A stretch of 64,000 bases of DNA from Limnothrix sp. BL-A-16 (GCA_041937175.2 CP166615.1:1440001-1504000); one strand, 5' to 3'; positions 33,637 to 44,670 are shown, counted from the first letter of the stretch. The notes: generated by a model from the letters alone, not told the origin. A program made the numbers and translations.

Positions 33637-33799
33637 GATCGCAACAGCACAGGGAGCAAAAGGGGTAAAAGACAGTATAGGCAAGGACGGCCCATCCCAT
33701 GGGCCATGACTCCGTTTGGGATCGGGCGGGGTTGGTTAACGGGGTTTGAAGGTTGACGGGGTGGCGATGCATCCCGATCGGGAGGGTTTATGAAGATGG

Positions 33800-33817
33800 T
33801 TTATAAAATTTTGTAAC
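33800..33817 (-). promoter_or_regulatory. Possible HLR1 (RpaB) site
   Basis: Minus strand GTTACAAA-AT-TTTATAAA, one mismatch to the (G/T)TTACA(T/A)(T/A) direct-repeat pair. Confidence 0.35.
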
Positions 33818-34096
33818 AACACCCAAACCGGGTCTCAGGGGGGCAAAAGGTATCTAGGCGGGCGATCGCAACGATTTTTGATCCTTAATGTCCAATCGTT
33901 ACTCAGTCCCACAGAACCGAGAAAGGCTTGTGAAATAAAGGCTTTCGCCATTGTCAACCGCGATTTAACGGACTGCCATTGGGTCACGCGCTGTCTTGGA
34001 ACTGGCTCAAACCCGCGAAGTTGCTACAAAACTTTCACTTCACATCGAAAATTGTCGGGCTAGAATCGCTGGAAATACCGAACTTGAGGCGTTTCC

Positions 34097-34372
34097 ATGA
34101 ACAAGGGCGAACTGATTGACCAAATTGCAGCAAAGGTCAATACCACCAAAAAGGAAGCAGATGCCATCTTGACCGCTGCCATTGAAGTGATCATGGATGC
34201 CGTGGCAGAGGGCGAAAAGGTGACCCTGGTGGGGTTTGGTACGTTTGAGCGCCGCGAGCGCCAGGCCCGCGAGGGGCGCAACCCGAAGACCGGCACGAAA
34301 CTGAAAATCCCCGCTACCAAGGTTCCGGCCTTTTCAGCGGGCAAACAGTTCAAGGAGTCGGTTGCTCCTTAA
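34097..34372 (+). CDS. hup: DNA-binding protein HU
   Basis: MNKGELI, GFGTFE, GRNPKTG, PAFSAGK. Confidence 0.97.
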   Translation: MNKGELIDQIAAKVNTTKKEADAILTAAIEVIMDAVAEGEKVTLVGFGTFERRERQAREGRNPKTGTKLKIPATKVPAFSAGKQFKESVAP

Positions 34373-34467
34373 TTGTCGGCGCAAATTCTAGGCGCAAATT
34401 CCAACTCCCAGGCTCAACCCCCTAACCATTGTTCGATGGTTAAATTGTTCAATTTCTGTTGGCAAAG

Positions 34468-34511
34468 GAAAGCCCCGAGCTGGTTTCGCCAGGCCCAGGG
34501 CTGTTTTTTTT
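34468..34511 (+). terminator. Intrinsic terminator between convergent hup and dacB
   Basis: AGCCCC...GGGGCT stem followed by a T run. Confidence 0.55.
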
Positions 34512-34513
34512 AC

Positions 34514-35743
34514 CTAGGGGGTGAGTTCCGATGAACTGGGGGCATTGGGCCGGGGCACACCCGGTCGCCACCAAGGCAGCAGGGGCCGCAATGTGCCGTC
34601 GGGTTCGGTGGGCTGATTCAGCATGGGGTTGGCTTCGGTGTCCCACCCATCACAGGGCCGCATCTGAGCGAGGGTCAACACCACTCGATCGACCGCTGCA
34701 ACCAAGGTGTCGCCATCTTGACCCGGTTGATTGACCAACACGCTAAAAACCAAGGTGTTGTAAAGCGGGTGTTCCATGTAGCCCGATAGGGCCCGGACTC
34801 CCCGGAGCGTGCCGGTTTTGGCGGAAACACGACCTTGAACCGGTGTGTTGCGGAAACGACGGCGCAGCGTGCCGGTTTGGCCCGCGATCGGGAGGGAGCT
34901 GCGGAAAATGTCGCTTCCCTTGGCTTCGGTCATGGATTCCAATAAATGGACAAAGGCACGGGGCTGCACGGCATTGCTGCGAGACAGGCCAGACCCGTCA
35001 CTCATGCGATATTCACCACGATTAACGCCCAAGGGAGCCAGGGCCCGCTGCACGGCCCCGGAGCCGCCAATCGATCGAAACAGGGAATCGGCGTAGCCAT
35101 TGTCGCTGTTGACGTTAATGGTGCGCACCAAGGTGCCCAAGTTGGAGTTTTTGAGTGGGGTTTGACCGTCATAGAGTTGCAGGGCCGCCGCCGTCACAAA
35201 CAATTTCATGTTGGAGGCGGGAATCAACGCTTGGATGCTGTTGCGATCGAACAGGACGTTATTCCCGGCCAGGGTTTCTACCCGAATCCCCCAGCGGGCC
35301 GATCGAAAAGCAGGGGCATCAATAATGCGGCTTAAGGCTCCGGCCAGTTGGTTGCTGCAAACCCGAGGCGTTTGGGCCAGCAGGGACTTGCCTTCCACGG
35401 TTTCGATCGGCTCCTGCTTGGCGGTTTCCGGTTCGATCGAGTCCGGCTCAATCAATTCGGTTTCGCTAACTGGCTTGCGAGTGATGGTGGTTCCGGGAAC
35501 CAACTCCGTTGCAGAAGTCGGATTCAGCGCCTTAGACAGCGGTTTTGGAGCGCGCGCGGGATCCGTCGTGGGGTTGGGCGCGGAGGCCGCTGACGGCGAG
35601 ATCGCCTCGGTTTGTGAAACGCTAGTCGGTTCAACGGCTGGGGTTGCTTGGGCGTTGGCCAGGGCTGGTTCAGTCAGCAAACCACCACCCAACGCCAAAC
35701 CCAAACCAGCCAAACCAGCGATCCATCGGGGTTGCTCAGACAT
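34514..35743 (-). CDS. dacB: D-Ala-D-Ala carboxypeptidase/endopeptidase (peptidase S13)
   Basis: PASNMK (SxxK), SDN (SxN), DGSGLSR, AKTGT (KTG). Confidence 0.9.
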   Translation of the reverse strand: MSEQPRWIAGLAGLGLALGGGLLTEPALANAQATPAVEPTSVSQTEAISPSAASAPNPTTDPARAPKPLSKALNPTSATELVPGTTITRKPVSETELIEPDSIEPETAKQEPIETVEGKSLLAQTPRVCSNQLAGALSRIIDAPAFRSARWGIRVETLAGNNVLFDRNSIQALIPASNMKLFVTAAALQLYDGQTPLKNSNLGTLVRTINVNSDNGYADSLFRSIGGSGAVQRALAPLGVNRGEYRMSDGSGLSRSNAVQPRAFVHLLESMTEAKGSDIFRSSLPIAGQTGTLRRRFRNTPVQGRVSAKTGTLRGVRALSGYMEHPLYNTLVFSVLVNQPGQDGDTLVAAVDRVVLTLAQMRPCDGWDTEANPMLNQPTEPDGTLRPLLPWWRPGVPRPNAPSSSELTP

Positions 35744-36395
35744 CTGTTGGATTTTCCTTAAAGGCACGACCGTTCTGCACATCCCTGCGAGTCAGTCCAA
35801 TCCTCAGGATTAGGACGGGACACCTGAACCAGTTCCACAAGGCCCCAACCGGTGATAGGCGGCCGTGTTCAGCGGCTGCCCCCTTTGGCGGTGGGAGAGG
35901 AACGGCGCGATCGAGCAGGATCGGTGACCCCAAGCATTGATCGCACTCAGAACCAGCCCATTGACTCGGATGGCAACTCCGAGGACTTAGCGACTAGGGC
36001 GATCGCAAAAACGGGTGTGAGTCGCGGCGATCGTCCAACGGCCTTGGCCGAATGGCGCTAACCCTCAGCAAATCTGAGGTCATCAGGCTCGTGATGGCCC
36101 ATCAGCACAAATTGCCCTCAAGAATATCAGACCTCGGCCAGTGGCCTAGCTGGATCAACCGGCCGGCGATCCCCGTCCAAACCAGTTCTTCACCATCCGA
36201 AAACTCCCATCATCACTAGCTTTTTCCCGATTCTGGTTTGGGGATCGCTGCTGCGGCTGTTCGTCAGCAAATCCTGAACTATCGGAAAAATTTGGGCGAT
36301 CAATTTGGGCGTAGGGGTGGGGTCTCCCCGCCTAGCCCCCGTGATCTATACAACTCAATGCAATTGGCGTGCAATGGTAGGATGGCTTCTGGTTT

Positions 36396-36413
36396 ATTGC
36401 AAGTTATTCTCAG
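36396..36413 (+). promoter_or_regulatory. Putative Fur box
   Basis: ATTGCAAGTTATTCTCAG, a near-palindrome immediately upstream of an iron permease. Confidence 0.5.
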
Positions 36414-36422
36414 GTTTTGGGC

Positions 36423-38144
36423 ATGACCGTCGCCGATCGCCGCTGGCCGCCGCTGAATTTTAATCGCTTCCGTTTGCACCCCTTCAGCTTCACGGAAGGG
36501 TTGTGGATCTGTGCAACGGTGTTGGCGGCGGTGGCGGTGGGCGTGCCGCTCCTGGCCTCAATTGCAGCCGCCCTAAGCGCCAGTGGCCAAACCTGGAACC
36601 ACCTGACCCGAACCGTGCTGGGGGAATATGTGTCGGCTTCGGTGGGGTTGGCCATCGGGACGGCGGGCCTGGCGATCGGTCTGGGGGTGGCTACGGCTTG
36701 GCTGGTGGCGGCCACCCAGTTTCCCGGGCGGCGATGGTTTGAATGGCTGTTGCTGTTGCCCTTGGCCTTCCCGGCCTATCTGTTGGCCTATGTCTACACG
36801 GATTTGCTGGATTTTTATGGGCCCATTCAGTCTTGGGTGCGATCGCTTACGGGCTGGAAATTCGGTGAATATTGGTTTCCCCCCATTCGATCGCTGCCCG
36901 GGGCCATTTTGATGATGGGCCTAGTGCTCTATCCCTACGTCTACATGCTGGCGCGGGTGGCCTTTCTGGAGGGGGCAGCCAGCCTGCTGGAGGCGGGCCG
37001 CACCTTGGGTCTGAATCCCTGGCAGGGGTTTTGGCGGGTGGCTTTGCCCATGGCCCGGCCCGCGATCGCGGGAGGCGCAGCCCTGGTGATGATGGAAGCC
37101 CTGGGCGATTACGGCACGGTGGAATTTTTTAGCGTTAACACCTTTGCGGTCGGTATTTATCGAACCTGGTTTGCCATGGGCGATCGCCCGGCGGCCTGTC
37201 AACTGTCGGCCCTGCTGTTGGGGACGGTTCTGTTGTTGGTGTGGGTGGAGCAACGATCGCGCGGCGGGGCTGGCTATCGATCGGGCGGGGCCTATGCGGT
37301 GCAAGCACCCTACTCCCTCAGGGGTGCGCGGGCGATCGGGGCCTGGGTGGTTTGTGGGTTGCCGCTGTTTTTGGGCTTTGGGTTGCCGGCCCTGCTTCTG
37401 GCCAGCATGGCAATTCGCAATCCCAATAGTCTTCTTGATCCCAGCTTCTTGCTCTACGTGCGCAACACCGCCGTAGTGGCTAGCTTGGCGGCAGTCACGG
37501 CGGCGATCATTGCCGGAACTGCCGTGTATGGGGTGCGGGTGGTTTCGGGCCCCCTGATGCGGTTCCTGTTGAAAATCATGGCGCTGGGCTATGCGATTCC
37601 CGGATCCGTGGCCGCCGTGGGCGTTTTGATTTCAGTCGGTTGGGTTGATCAACAGTTGGCGACTCAACCCTTGGCGATCGCCCCGGAAGCGGGAGCCGCA
37701 TCTTCGGGTTTGTTGTTGAGCGGCACGATCGGGGCCTTGATTTTTGCCTATTGGGTCAGGTTTTTAGCCCTGGCCCTGAACCCGATTGAAGCGAGCCTCG
37801 ATCGAATTGTGCCCAACCTGGATGGGGCGGCCAGAATTGCCGGATTGTCGCCGGGGGGCGTTTTGTGGCGTGTCCATGTGCCCATGCTGCGCGGGGGGCT
37901 GCTGACGGCCTTGCTGTTGGTGTTTGTGGATACGGTGAAGGAGTTACCGGCCACGCTGATTGTGCGCCCGTTTAATTTCGATACCCTGGCCGTGCGGGCC
38001 TATCAATTGGCCTCCGATGAACGGATTGTGGATGCGGCGGGGCCCGCTTTGGCGATTGTGGCGGTGGGGATTGTGCCGGTGGCGCTGTTGAGTTGGCAAA
38101 TTTCCCGATCGCGCCCCCGTCGCCTCCCCAACGAGTTTAGGTAG
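36423..38144 (+). CDS. futB: Fe(III) ABC transporter permease
   Basis: LPLAFPAYLLAYVY, YPYVYMLAR, LGYAIPGSV, KELPATLIVRPFNFDTLA. Confidence 0.9.
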   Translation: MTVADRRWPPLNFNRFRLHPFSFTEGLWICATVLAAVAVGVPLLASIAAALSASGQTWNHLTRTVLGEYVSASVGLAIGTAGLAIGLGVATAWLVAATQFPGRRWFEWLLLLPLAFPAYLLAYVYTDLLDFYGPIQSWVRSLTGWKFGEYWFPPIRSLPGAILMMGLVLYPYVYMLARVAFLEGAASLLEAGRTLGLNPWQGFWRVALPMARPAIAGGAALVMMEALGDYGTVEFFSVNTFAVGIYRTWFAMGDRPAACQLSALLLGTVLLLVWVEQRSRGGAGYRSGGAYAVQAPYSLRGARAIGAWVVCGLPLFLGFGLPALLLASMAIRNPNSLLDPSFLLYVRNTAVVASLAAVTAAIIAGTAVYGVRVVSGPLMRFLLKIMALGYAIPGSVAAVGVLISVGWVDQQLATQPLAIAPEAGAASSGLLLSGTIGALIFAYWVRFLALALNPIEASLDRIVPNLDGAARIAGLSPGGVLWRVHVPMLRGGLLTALLLVFVDTVKELPATLIVRPFNFDTLAVRAYQLASDERIVDAAGPALAIVAVGIVPVALLSWQISRSRPRRLPNEFR

Positions 38145-41100
38145 ACTCATTCCACTCGGGCTGCTCGATCGGGATTTCGATCAAGAACTCCGTGCCGCCT
38201 CCCTCTGCGGGGCGACAATCAAGGGTTCCGCGATGTTTTTCCACCACAATTTGATAGGAAATGGACAGGCCCAGCCCCGTACCTTGGCCCACGGGCTTGG
38301 TGGTGAAGAACGGATCGAATAGCTTAGAGCGCACTTCATCGCTCATGCCGTTGCCATTGTCGGCAATCAGAATTTGTACCCGTTCTCCAACCATCAATTC
38401 CGTGGTGATCGTCAGCCGGGGCATCACGAGCGAGGTTGCAATGGGCCGCTCCTCAGGGTTTTCACTAATCCAAACCTTGCTGTTGTTGCTGCTGCCGGCC
38501 ACGAGAGAGGCTTCTTCTACCTGGGCCGATCGCAAGGCTTGGGCTCGCAAATTGCGCGATCGCCCATACCGGTCTTCCAAGGCATCGATCGCATTGCTAA
38601 TCACATTCATAAACACCTGGTTCAATTGCCCCGCGTAGCAAACCACCAGGGGCAGATCACCATAGTGTTTTTCCACTTCAATTCCAGGGAAATTGCTATT
38701 GGCTTTGAAGCGATGTTGCAAAATCAGCAGCGTATTTTCGATTCCCTCGTGGATATTCACCGGCTTCATTTCCGCCTGATCCAAGCGCGAGAAGTTCCGC
38801 AAAGAGGCGACAATTTGCCGAATTCGTTCCGCTCCTAACTGCATGGATTGCAGGGTTTTGGGCAAATCATCACAGAGGAAGTCCACGTCAATGTCCCGCG
38901 AGAAATTGGCCACCGCTTCCGTCGGCACAGGATAGCTATCCCGGTAATGCTGAATGAGCGAAAGCAACTCTTGCGTGTAACGGCGGGCATAGGTCAGGTT
39001 GCCATGGATGAAGGTGGTGGGGTTGTTGATTTCATGGGCAATCCCGGCCACCATCTGCCCCAGACTGGACATTTTCTCGTTCTGAATGAGCTGGGTTTGG
39101 GCGGTTTTCAGCTCCTGGAGGGCGGCGCTCAGGCGCTTGGCTTGATCTTGGGCCTGCACAGCGGTGACCTGGGCCTTGGCATAGAGTTCCGCTTGGTCGA
39201 TCGCGGTGGATAGCTGGTCGGTCACAGCGCGCAACAGCTCCACTTCCCGCTCACTCCACGTGCGCACCTGGGCACTTTGGCCGCATTCAATCACCCCGAT
39301 CGCCCCGGAGCGGGTTTGCACCGGCAAGGCTAGCAGGGAACGATAGCCCCGATCCTCCATCGTTTGCCGCAGGGTGGGATTATCCAACCGCGACACATCA
39401 TCGGCCCGCACACACTTGCTCCACATCAACTGCTGGAGGAAGTAGCTGGCGTGGATATGGTGATAGGGGCCGAGGGCACTGGGCACGGCCGGGGTGCGGG
39501 ACTCGTTCACCACATCCCAAGCCGGAATGCCACCGCCCGCATCGGTGATATACCAAGCGAAAAGACAGCGATCGGTATCCAACAGGTTACGGATACCTTG
39601 GACGGCCGATTCCAGCACCGTATCCAAATCCAGGGAGTTGCGAATTTGGGCTGCCAACTGAAACAACAGGGCCTCGCGGCGAGTGGTCAGTTCCTGGCGG
39701 GCTTGGGCGCGGTCAATCCCCACGGCGATCGCGCTGGCCAACCAACCCAGGGCATCCTGAACCGCTTCCGCGAAGGGTTCCACACGATAGAGCGCCAACG
39801 CGCCCACCAGCCGATCCTCCACCACCAACGGGAAGCCCGCAAAATGCACTTCTGTGCGGGATTTGCCTTGATGGGGAATCAGGGCGCATTCACTGCGGAA
39901 CAGGGGATTGCGCGATCGAGCCACGGCCGCCACCGTGGACAACTCCGGAGTGCTCAGGCTGATTTTGTCTCGCAGGGCATCATCCAGCAGGGGAATATCC
40001 AGGTGCAGTGTGTTGTTGGTATTGCGATTGACCTGGGCTTGCAGGGTCAAGTAGGTGGGGTCTAAGTCCACCGTCCAGACGCGGGCCAGGTTGCAATCCA
40101 GTTGGCCGGCCATCATTTCGGCACAGGTTTGCAAAATTTCCGAGAGTTCGCCCCGTTGACAAAGGGCCACACCCACTTCCGCTTCCAAAATCGAAAGGCG
40201 CGATCGCTCCATCAGGGTTTCCTGGGCCCGTTTGCGATCGGTGATGTCCTCAACGGTTCCTTCATAACAAACCAGCCGCCCAGCTTCGTCGAGCAGGGCG
40301 GAGGCATTTTCCGAGATCCAGATATGTTGCCCATCCGCTCGGTACACTTCCGATTCAAACCCGGAAACGCTGCCGCTGGTCTCCAGCATGTTCAGCAGTT
40401 CCCGCGCCCGATCAATCTGGACGTAGGGCGGCCCACCCATCCGATCGAACGCTTCGATCAGCGCGGCTGGTGACTCATAGCCATAAAGGCGAGCCATGGC
40501 CGGGTTTGCACTCAGGTAGCGACCATCGGGCAAGGCTTGGTAAATACCCTCGATCGCGTTTTCAAAAATGCTGCGGAACCGTTCTTCGGCTTCGCGCACG
40601 GCCCGTTCTGCTTCCTTGCGCTCGGTGATGTCGATCCCCAGCACAAAGGCCGCTTGGTCGTTGTTGTATTTTTGGGCCACCACCAAATAGCTTTCGATGC
40701 GATCGCCCACCGGTCGCGACACTTCGCGCGTGGCCTCTTGGATCGGAGAAGCAAAAAATTCCGCCACAAATTCTCGGAATTCTTGGCCATACCCCAAAAA
40801 GCCGATGTCTTGGCCAATAAACTCTTCTGGGGCGCGGCCGAAGCTTTCGGCCAAGTGGTGGTTGACTTCCAGATAACGCAAATCACGGCCCACTCGCGAC
40901 ACCGTGCCGGGCACAGCGGCCAAAATCGCTTCCAATCGATCCTTCAGGGTGCGCAGGCTGGCTTCCGATCGGCGGCGCTCCGTGATGTCTTCAACCGTGC
41001 CTTCGTAATAGAGCAATTCGCCGTCTTCGTCGTAAACCGCCCGGGCCGATTCGGAAATCCAAATTCGGCGACCATCGGCCCGGTAAACCTCCGACTCAAA

Positions 41101-42774
41101 ATTGGAGAGAGATCCCTTTTGACGAATTTGTTCAACGAATTCCTTGCGTCGGTTGGGATTGACGTAGAGATTTTGGGTGGCATTCAGGGCCAGCAGCAGC
41201 ACATCGGGCCCGCTGTAGCCATAGATGCGGGCCAAGGCCGGGTTTGCACTCAGGTAGCGACCATCGGGGGTGGTTTGGAAAATGCCCTCGATCGCGTTTT
41301 CAAAGATGCTGCGGTATTGGGCTTCGGCGGCGCAAACGGCCGATTGGGACACTTGCAGGCGATCGAGCGTGGCGTTCAAAATAGCCGCCAACTCCGACAA
41401 CTCATCGGTTCCGGGCATCACCTCCACCCGCTGAGTGGGGTTGCCGCTGGTACCGATCGCGCTGACTTGTTCACTCAGCCGCATCAACCGCGCCAACACC
41501 AAGCGCTCCAGCAGCAGCAGGGTAATGGCCCCAAAAATTAAGCCCCCCAACACCAACAGCACCAGGGTGTAGCGAAGGCTAATTAGCCCTCGGTTATAGA
41601 TGGCGCGATCGAGTTCAACCCGCACCAACCAAGCCGGCTGTCCATACAAATCATCCAACAGGGCATAGCTGGCCAGACGATTATCGGAAAGGGTTTCGAT
41701 CGCCACCGTTTCTGTGCCCAACAGCAGGGCCTTCACCGCCCGATGGCGCAAAACCTCCGGCCCCTCAGTTCCCGAGTTCGATCGGGAATCGTCGATGGCC
41801 GGGGGCATTGTCGCGGCGGAAATTCTGGCAACTTTGGGCGACTGAGGTGATTGGGGTTGGGTAGATTCGGGTTGAACGGATTCTGGGGGCGTAGAACTCA
41901 GCCGGGTTGATTGCGGTTGAATCTGTTCAGTGGGCTGAACCAGTGCTGATGGCTTCGATCGCTCAGGTGTTGATGTAGGGGGGGTTGGTGTGGACTGTTG
42001 CGGTGTGGACTGTTGTGGCGCTGGCGTAACGTCAGGAGCCGATCGGGCAACGAGGGGCAACTTGGTAAGGGCTGAAGGTAGCAAAGACCGGCGACCGGAA
42101 CTGGCCGGGAGCTTGGCCCAAGCACCTGAGGGTTGTACGATCCCATGCAAACTTTGCAGGCTCAGGTTGAGTTGAGTTAAGCGGCTGACCCGTTCAATTT
42201 CCGGCCCAGCCAGAAACCGCCCCAGTAACAAGGTTCCGCGAATTGGCCCCTCCGCCTCGCTGGTGACGATCGGGCGGGCCGCCACCATCATCGGCCCCTC
42301 GGGCAACTGCAACAGGCCATGAACGGCACTGGTGGTTGATGAGTGGGTGAGCAGCGGGCTGCCCGGTTGCAAGTGTTCCCAAAGGCTGCGGGGAATCGGT
42401 GCGCGCTGCCGGCTTTCCAGGTTGTAGCCCTGTTGCAGGAGGGGCTTTCCCGATCGATCCAGCAAAATCAGAGCATTCAGCCGCAAGTAGTCGAAGGTGC
42501 GATCGACAAAGTTCGATCGCTCATAGGCAGGATCATGGGTTTCCACAAAGCTGTAGGTGGTGTCCCATTCGGAATAGTCCCGCGCCGTCGCATCCAGATC
42601 CGTGGCGTTGTCCATCAAGACGCTGATGGCCCGCTGCACATCGCGCTCCACCTCACGCCGCTCAAGCTGGCTATAGCCATCTAGCAGGAGGTTGGAGGAT
42701 GTTGTGAACATCACCAAGTTTAAGCAGAGCAGCGCTAGTCCAACAATGACCAGCGTTTTGAGCCGTAATTTCAA
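38137..42774 (-). CDS. Multi-sensor histidine kinase (CHASE4-HAMP-3xPAS-2xGAF-HisKA-HATPase)
   Basis: TTG start with SD GGAGG; DYSEWDTTYSFV (CHASE4); repeated SIFENAIEGI...YEGTVEDIT (PAS); AHEINNP; GTGLGL. Confidence 0.9.
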   Translation of the reverse strand: MKLRLKTLVIVGLALLCLNLVMFTTSSNLLLDGYSQLERREVERDVQRAISVLMDNATDLDATARDYSEWDTTYSFVETHDPAYERSNFVDRTFDYLRLNALILLDRSGKPLLQQGYNLESRQRAPIPRSLWEHLQPGSPLLTHSSTTSAVHGLLQLPEGPMMVAARPIVTSEAEGPIRGTLLLGRFLAGPEIERVSRLTQLNLSLQSLHGIVQPSGAWAKLPASSGRRSLLPSALTKLPLVARSAPDVTPAPQQSTPQQSTPTPPTSTPERSKPSALVQPTEQIQPQSTRLSSTPPESVQPESTQPQSPQSPKVARISAATMPPAIDDSRSNSGTEGPEVLRHRAVKALLLGTETVAIETLSDNRLASYALLDDLYGQPAWLVRVELDRAIYNRGLISLRYTLVLLVLGGLIFGAITLLLLERLVLARLMRLSEQVSAIGTSGNPTQRVEVMPGTDELSELAAILNATLDRLQVSQSAVCAAEAQYRSIFENAIEGIFQTTPDGRYLSANPALARIYGYSGPDVLLLALNATQNLYVNPNRRKEFVEQIRQKGSLSNFESEVYRADGRRIWISESARAVYDEDGELLYYEGTVEDITERRRSEASLRTLKDRLEAILAAVPGTVSRVGRDLRYLEVNHHLAESFGRAPEEFIGQDIGFLGYGQEFREFVAEFFASPIQEATREVSRPVGDRIESYLVVAQKYNNDQAAFVLGIDITERKEAERAVREAEERFRSIFENAIEGIYQALPDGRYLSANPAMARLYGYESPAALIEAFDRMGGPPYVQIDRARELLNMLETSGSVSGFESEVYRADGQHIWISENASALLDEAGRLVCYEGTVEDITDRKRAQETLMERSRLSILEAEVGVALCQRGELSEILQTCAEMMAGQLDCNLARVWTVDLDPTYLTLQAQVNRNTNNTLHLDIPLLDDALRDKISLSTPELSTVAAVARSRNPLFRSECALIPHQGKSRTEVHFAGFPLVVEDRLVGALALYRVEPFAEAVQDALGWLASAIAVGIDRAQARQELTTRREALLFQLAAQIRNSLDLDTVLESAVQGIRNLLDTDRCLFAWYITDAGGGIPAWDVVNESRTPAVPSALGPYHHIHASYFLQQLMWSKCVRADDVSRLDNPTLRQTMEDRGYRSLLALPVQTRSGAIGVIECGQSAQVRTWSEREVELLRAVTDQLSTAIDQAELYAKAQVTAVQAQDQAKRLSAALQELKTAQTQLIQNEKMSSLGQMVAGIAHEINNPTTFIHGNLTYARRYTQELLSLIQHYRDSYPVPTEAVANFSRDIDVDFLCDDLPKTLQSMQLGAERIRQIVASLRNFSRLDQAEMKPVNIHEGIENTLLILQHRFKANSNFPGIEVEKHYGDLPLVVCYAGQLNQVFMNVISNAIDALEDRYGRSRNLRAQALRSAQVEEASLVAGSSNNSKVWISENPEERPIATSLVMPRLTITTELMVGERVQILIADNGNGMSDEVRSKLFDPFFTTKPVGQGTGLGLSISYQIVVEKHRGTLDCRPAEGGGTEFLIEIPIEQPEWNEST

Positions 42775-42890
42775 ATTTGCTACCTCCTACTCAAACCCCT
42801 GGATGCGTCCCTGAATGACCGGCCCGAATTTGGGTTTGGGTCTTGGCCGCGATCGGGCGATGTGTCTCTGTGCCTTGATGGGAACCGCCA

Positions 42891-43044
42891 CAGATTGTCC
42901 GTTGCAGATTGTCCACTGGAAACCATCTGTTGCTGACTGCCAATCGCAGACTATCTACCGCAGGCTACCCATTGAAAACCGTCTGTTGCAGACTGTCTAT
43001 CGCAGGCTACCCATCGCAGACAAGCCATCACAGACAAATCATTG
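42891..43044. repeat. Degenerate 14-bp tandem repeat (about 11 units)
   Basis: cagattgtccgttg / cagattgtccactg / ... / cagactgtctatcg / caggctacccatcg / cagacaagccatca / cagacaaatcattg. Confidence 0.7.
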
Positions 43045-43548
43045 ACGAGCTGCCTCGCGCTGGCCGACTCGGCTGGGCAGTGTCTGAATGATGGTGACCC
43101 ATGGGGGCTGCCGTTTCTTGTTTCAGTGATCGCAGCCCAAAGTCGGGACTGAAATCGAGTAGCGCCCTATTCCCTATTCTGGATCGAATTGATCAAATCT
43201 TAAGGAAATTGGATCCCAGCCGGGGCCACCCTGAGTCTAAATAACCGCCTAATCGCACCCTAGCCAATCCCCGACGAAGCGTTTTGATTAAATGAGGCTC
43301 GTCTGCGATTTTGATGCACCGATGGAATGGTCTTTGGGGGGTAGCACCCCAGAGCTGTCGAGCTGCCAACTCCAATTGTTAGCCTAATCCAATCGTCGAA
43401 TAGCCGTCGGTTATTCTAGCGACTTGTGGATGGGGATGTTGTCATCAAACAAACAGGTTGAGGAGTTCAAGTCAGAAATTCCAGGGTGGGCATGTGGGGC
43501 GATCGCCGTTGCGGAGCCTGCAGACCCCCTCTAAACTTCGGGTTCTTG

Positions 43549-44670
43549 CTAAGTTTCAAGGGCGGCACTAATGGCCTGGGCGATGGTTTCATTGCCATCC
43601 AAGGTAAACCGTTGGCCGGGCTGGGAAGGCGTGGGCGCTGCTTGTAGAAAAGACCAATCTCCTTCAAAAAATTCGATCGGTTGCAAAATTTGGTGGGAGG
43701 TTTGGGCTTGAATTTGGTCTAGCAAAATGGGGGCTTCGGCAAATCCATCGCGGGTGAGGGTCGCCACGGTTGGGCCTGTGCGGCAGGCTTCGGCAAAGGT
43801 TCCGTAGCCGGGTTTGGAAACGATGCGCCCACAAAGGGGCATGAAGTCCACGGGCCGAAAGGGGCGATCGCTCGCGTGGTGTTCGATCGGGTCGAGCACT
43901 TGGTACAGGTTGGGCAAGTCCGGGGCCGATCGGTCAAAGGTGATGAAGAGCCAGTCGGGAAATTGCCGCAGCCGTTCATAGGGAATTTGTTGCAGCCCCA
44001 GACCGCCAAAGGTGAGCAAAACGGTGCGATCGCGTGGGACATCTGGTAAACCCAGCTTATCGCGCAATTCCGCCGCGCCGTAGCGGGGTGCGCCGCCCGT
44101 TAAGCCCACATCGGTTTGCTGGGGAAAGCTGGCCATGGGTTCGTGAAACGGCAACCGAAAGAGGCGATCACACCGACGGAAGCGATCGGCAATCCAGTCC
44201 GCCTCTTGCTCAAATTCGCCACCCCAATCTCGGTAAATGAAATCCCAGCCGAAGTTACCGACCGCCCAGCAGGGCAGACCCGCCGCTTGGGCAATGTCGA
44301 TCGCCAGGGGGGGCAAATCGGCCAAAACCAAAGCCACACGCCCATTTTTGACGGACATTTGCCGAATGAAGTCCACCTCTGCCGCCACAATGGCCGCCGC
44401 CCGCGATCGCAGAGCCTGGAGTTGCTCCAGAGTTGTTTGCCGGTCAATTTGCAAACTATCTTGCTGCACCACACCCACATCCAGCGCCCTGGGCCGGTAA
44501 AGAAATTCACCGCTGATATAGGAGCCGAGGAGCCAACGGGGGGCGGTGGTGACCAAAATGGGCAACAGGTCGGGCCGCAGCCGTTGCAGGGTATCAACTA
44601 AAGCAGCCGCTCGGGTGGCATGGCCAAATCCATGGGCAGTAATGGCAACGTAAAGAATGGGACGGGTCAT
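43549..44670 (-). CDS. GT-B fold glycosyltransferase
   Basis: HGFGHATR, NFGWDFIY, LTFGGLG, SKPGYGTFAEA. Confidence 0.82.
   Translation of the reverse strand: MTRPILYVAITAHGFGHATRAAALVDTLQRLRPDLLPILVTTAPRWLLGSYISGEFLYRPRALDVGVVQQDSLQIDRQTTLEQLQALRSRAAAIVAAEVDFIRQMSVKNGRVALVLADLPPLAIDIAQAAGLPCWAVGNFGWDFIYRDWGGEFEQEADWIADRFRRCDRLFRLPFHEPMASFPQQTDVGLTGGAPRYGAAELRDKLGLPDVPRDRTVLLTFGGLGLQQIPYERLRQFPDWLFITFDRSAPDLPNLYQVLDPIEHHASDRPFRPVDFMPLCGRIVSKPGYGTFAEACRTGPTVATLTRDGFAEAPILLDQIQAQTSHQILQPIEFFEGDWSFLQAAPTPSQPGQRFTLDGNETIAQAISAALET

Noticed and set aside
39190..39650. GAF domain as a cyanobacteriochrome photosensor
   Set aside because: The chromophore-binding Cys-His motif is not present at the expected position (it reads LDNPTLRQTM).
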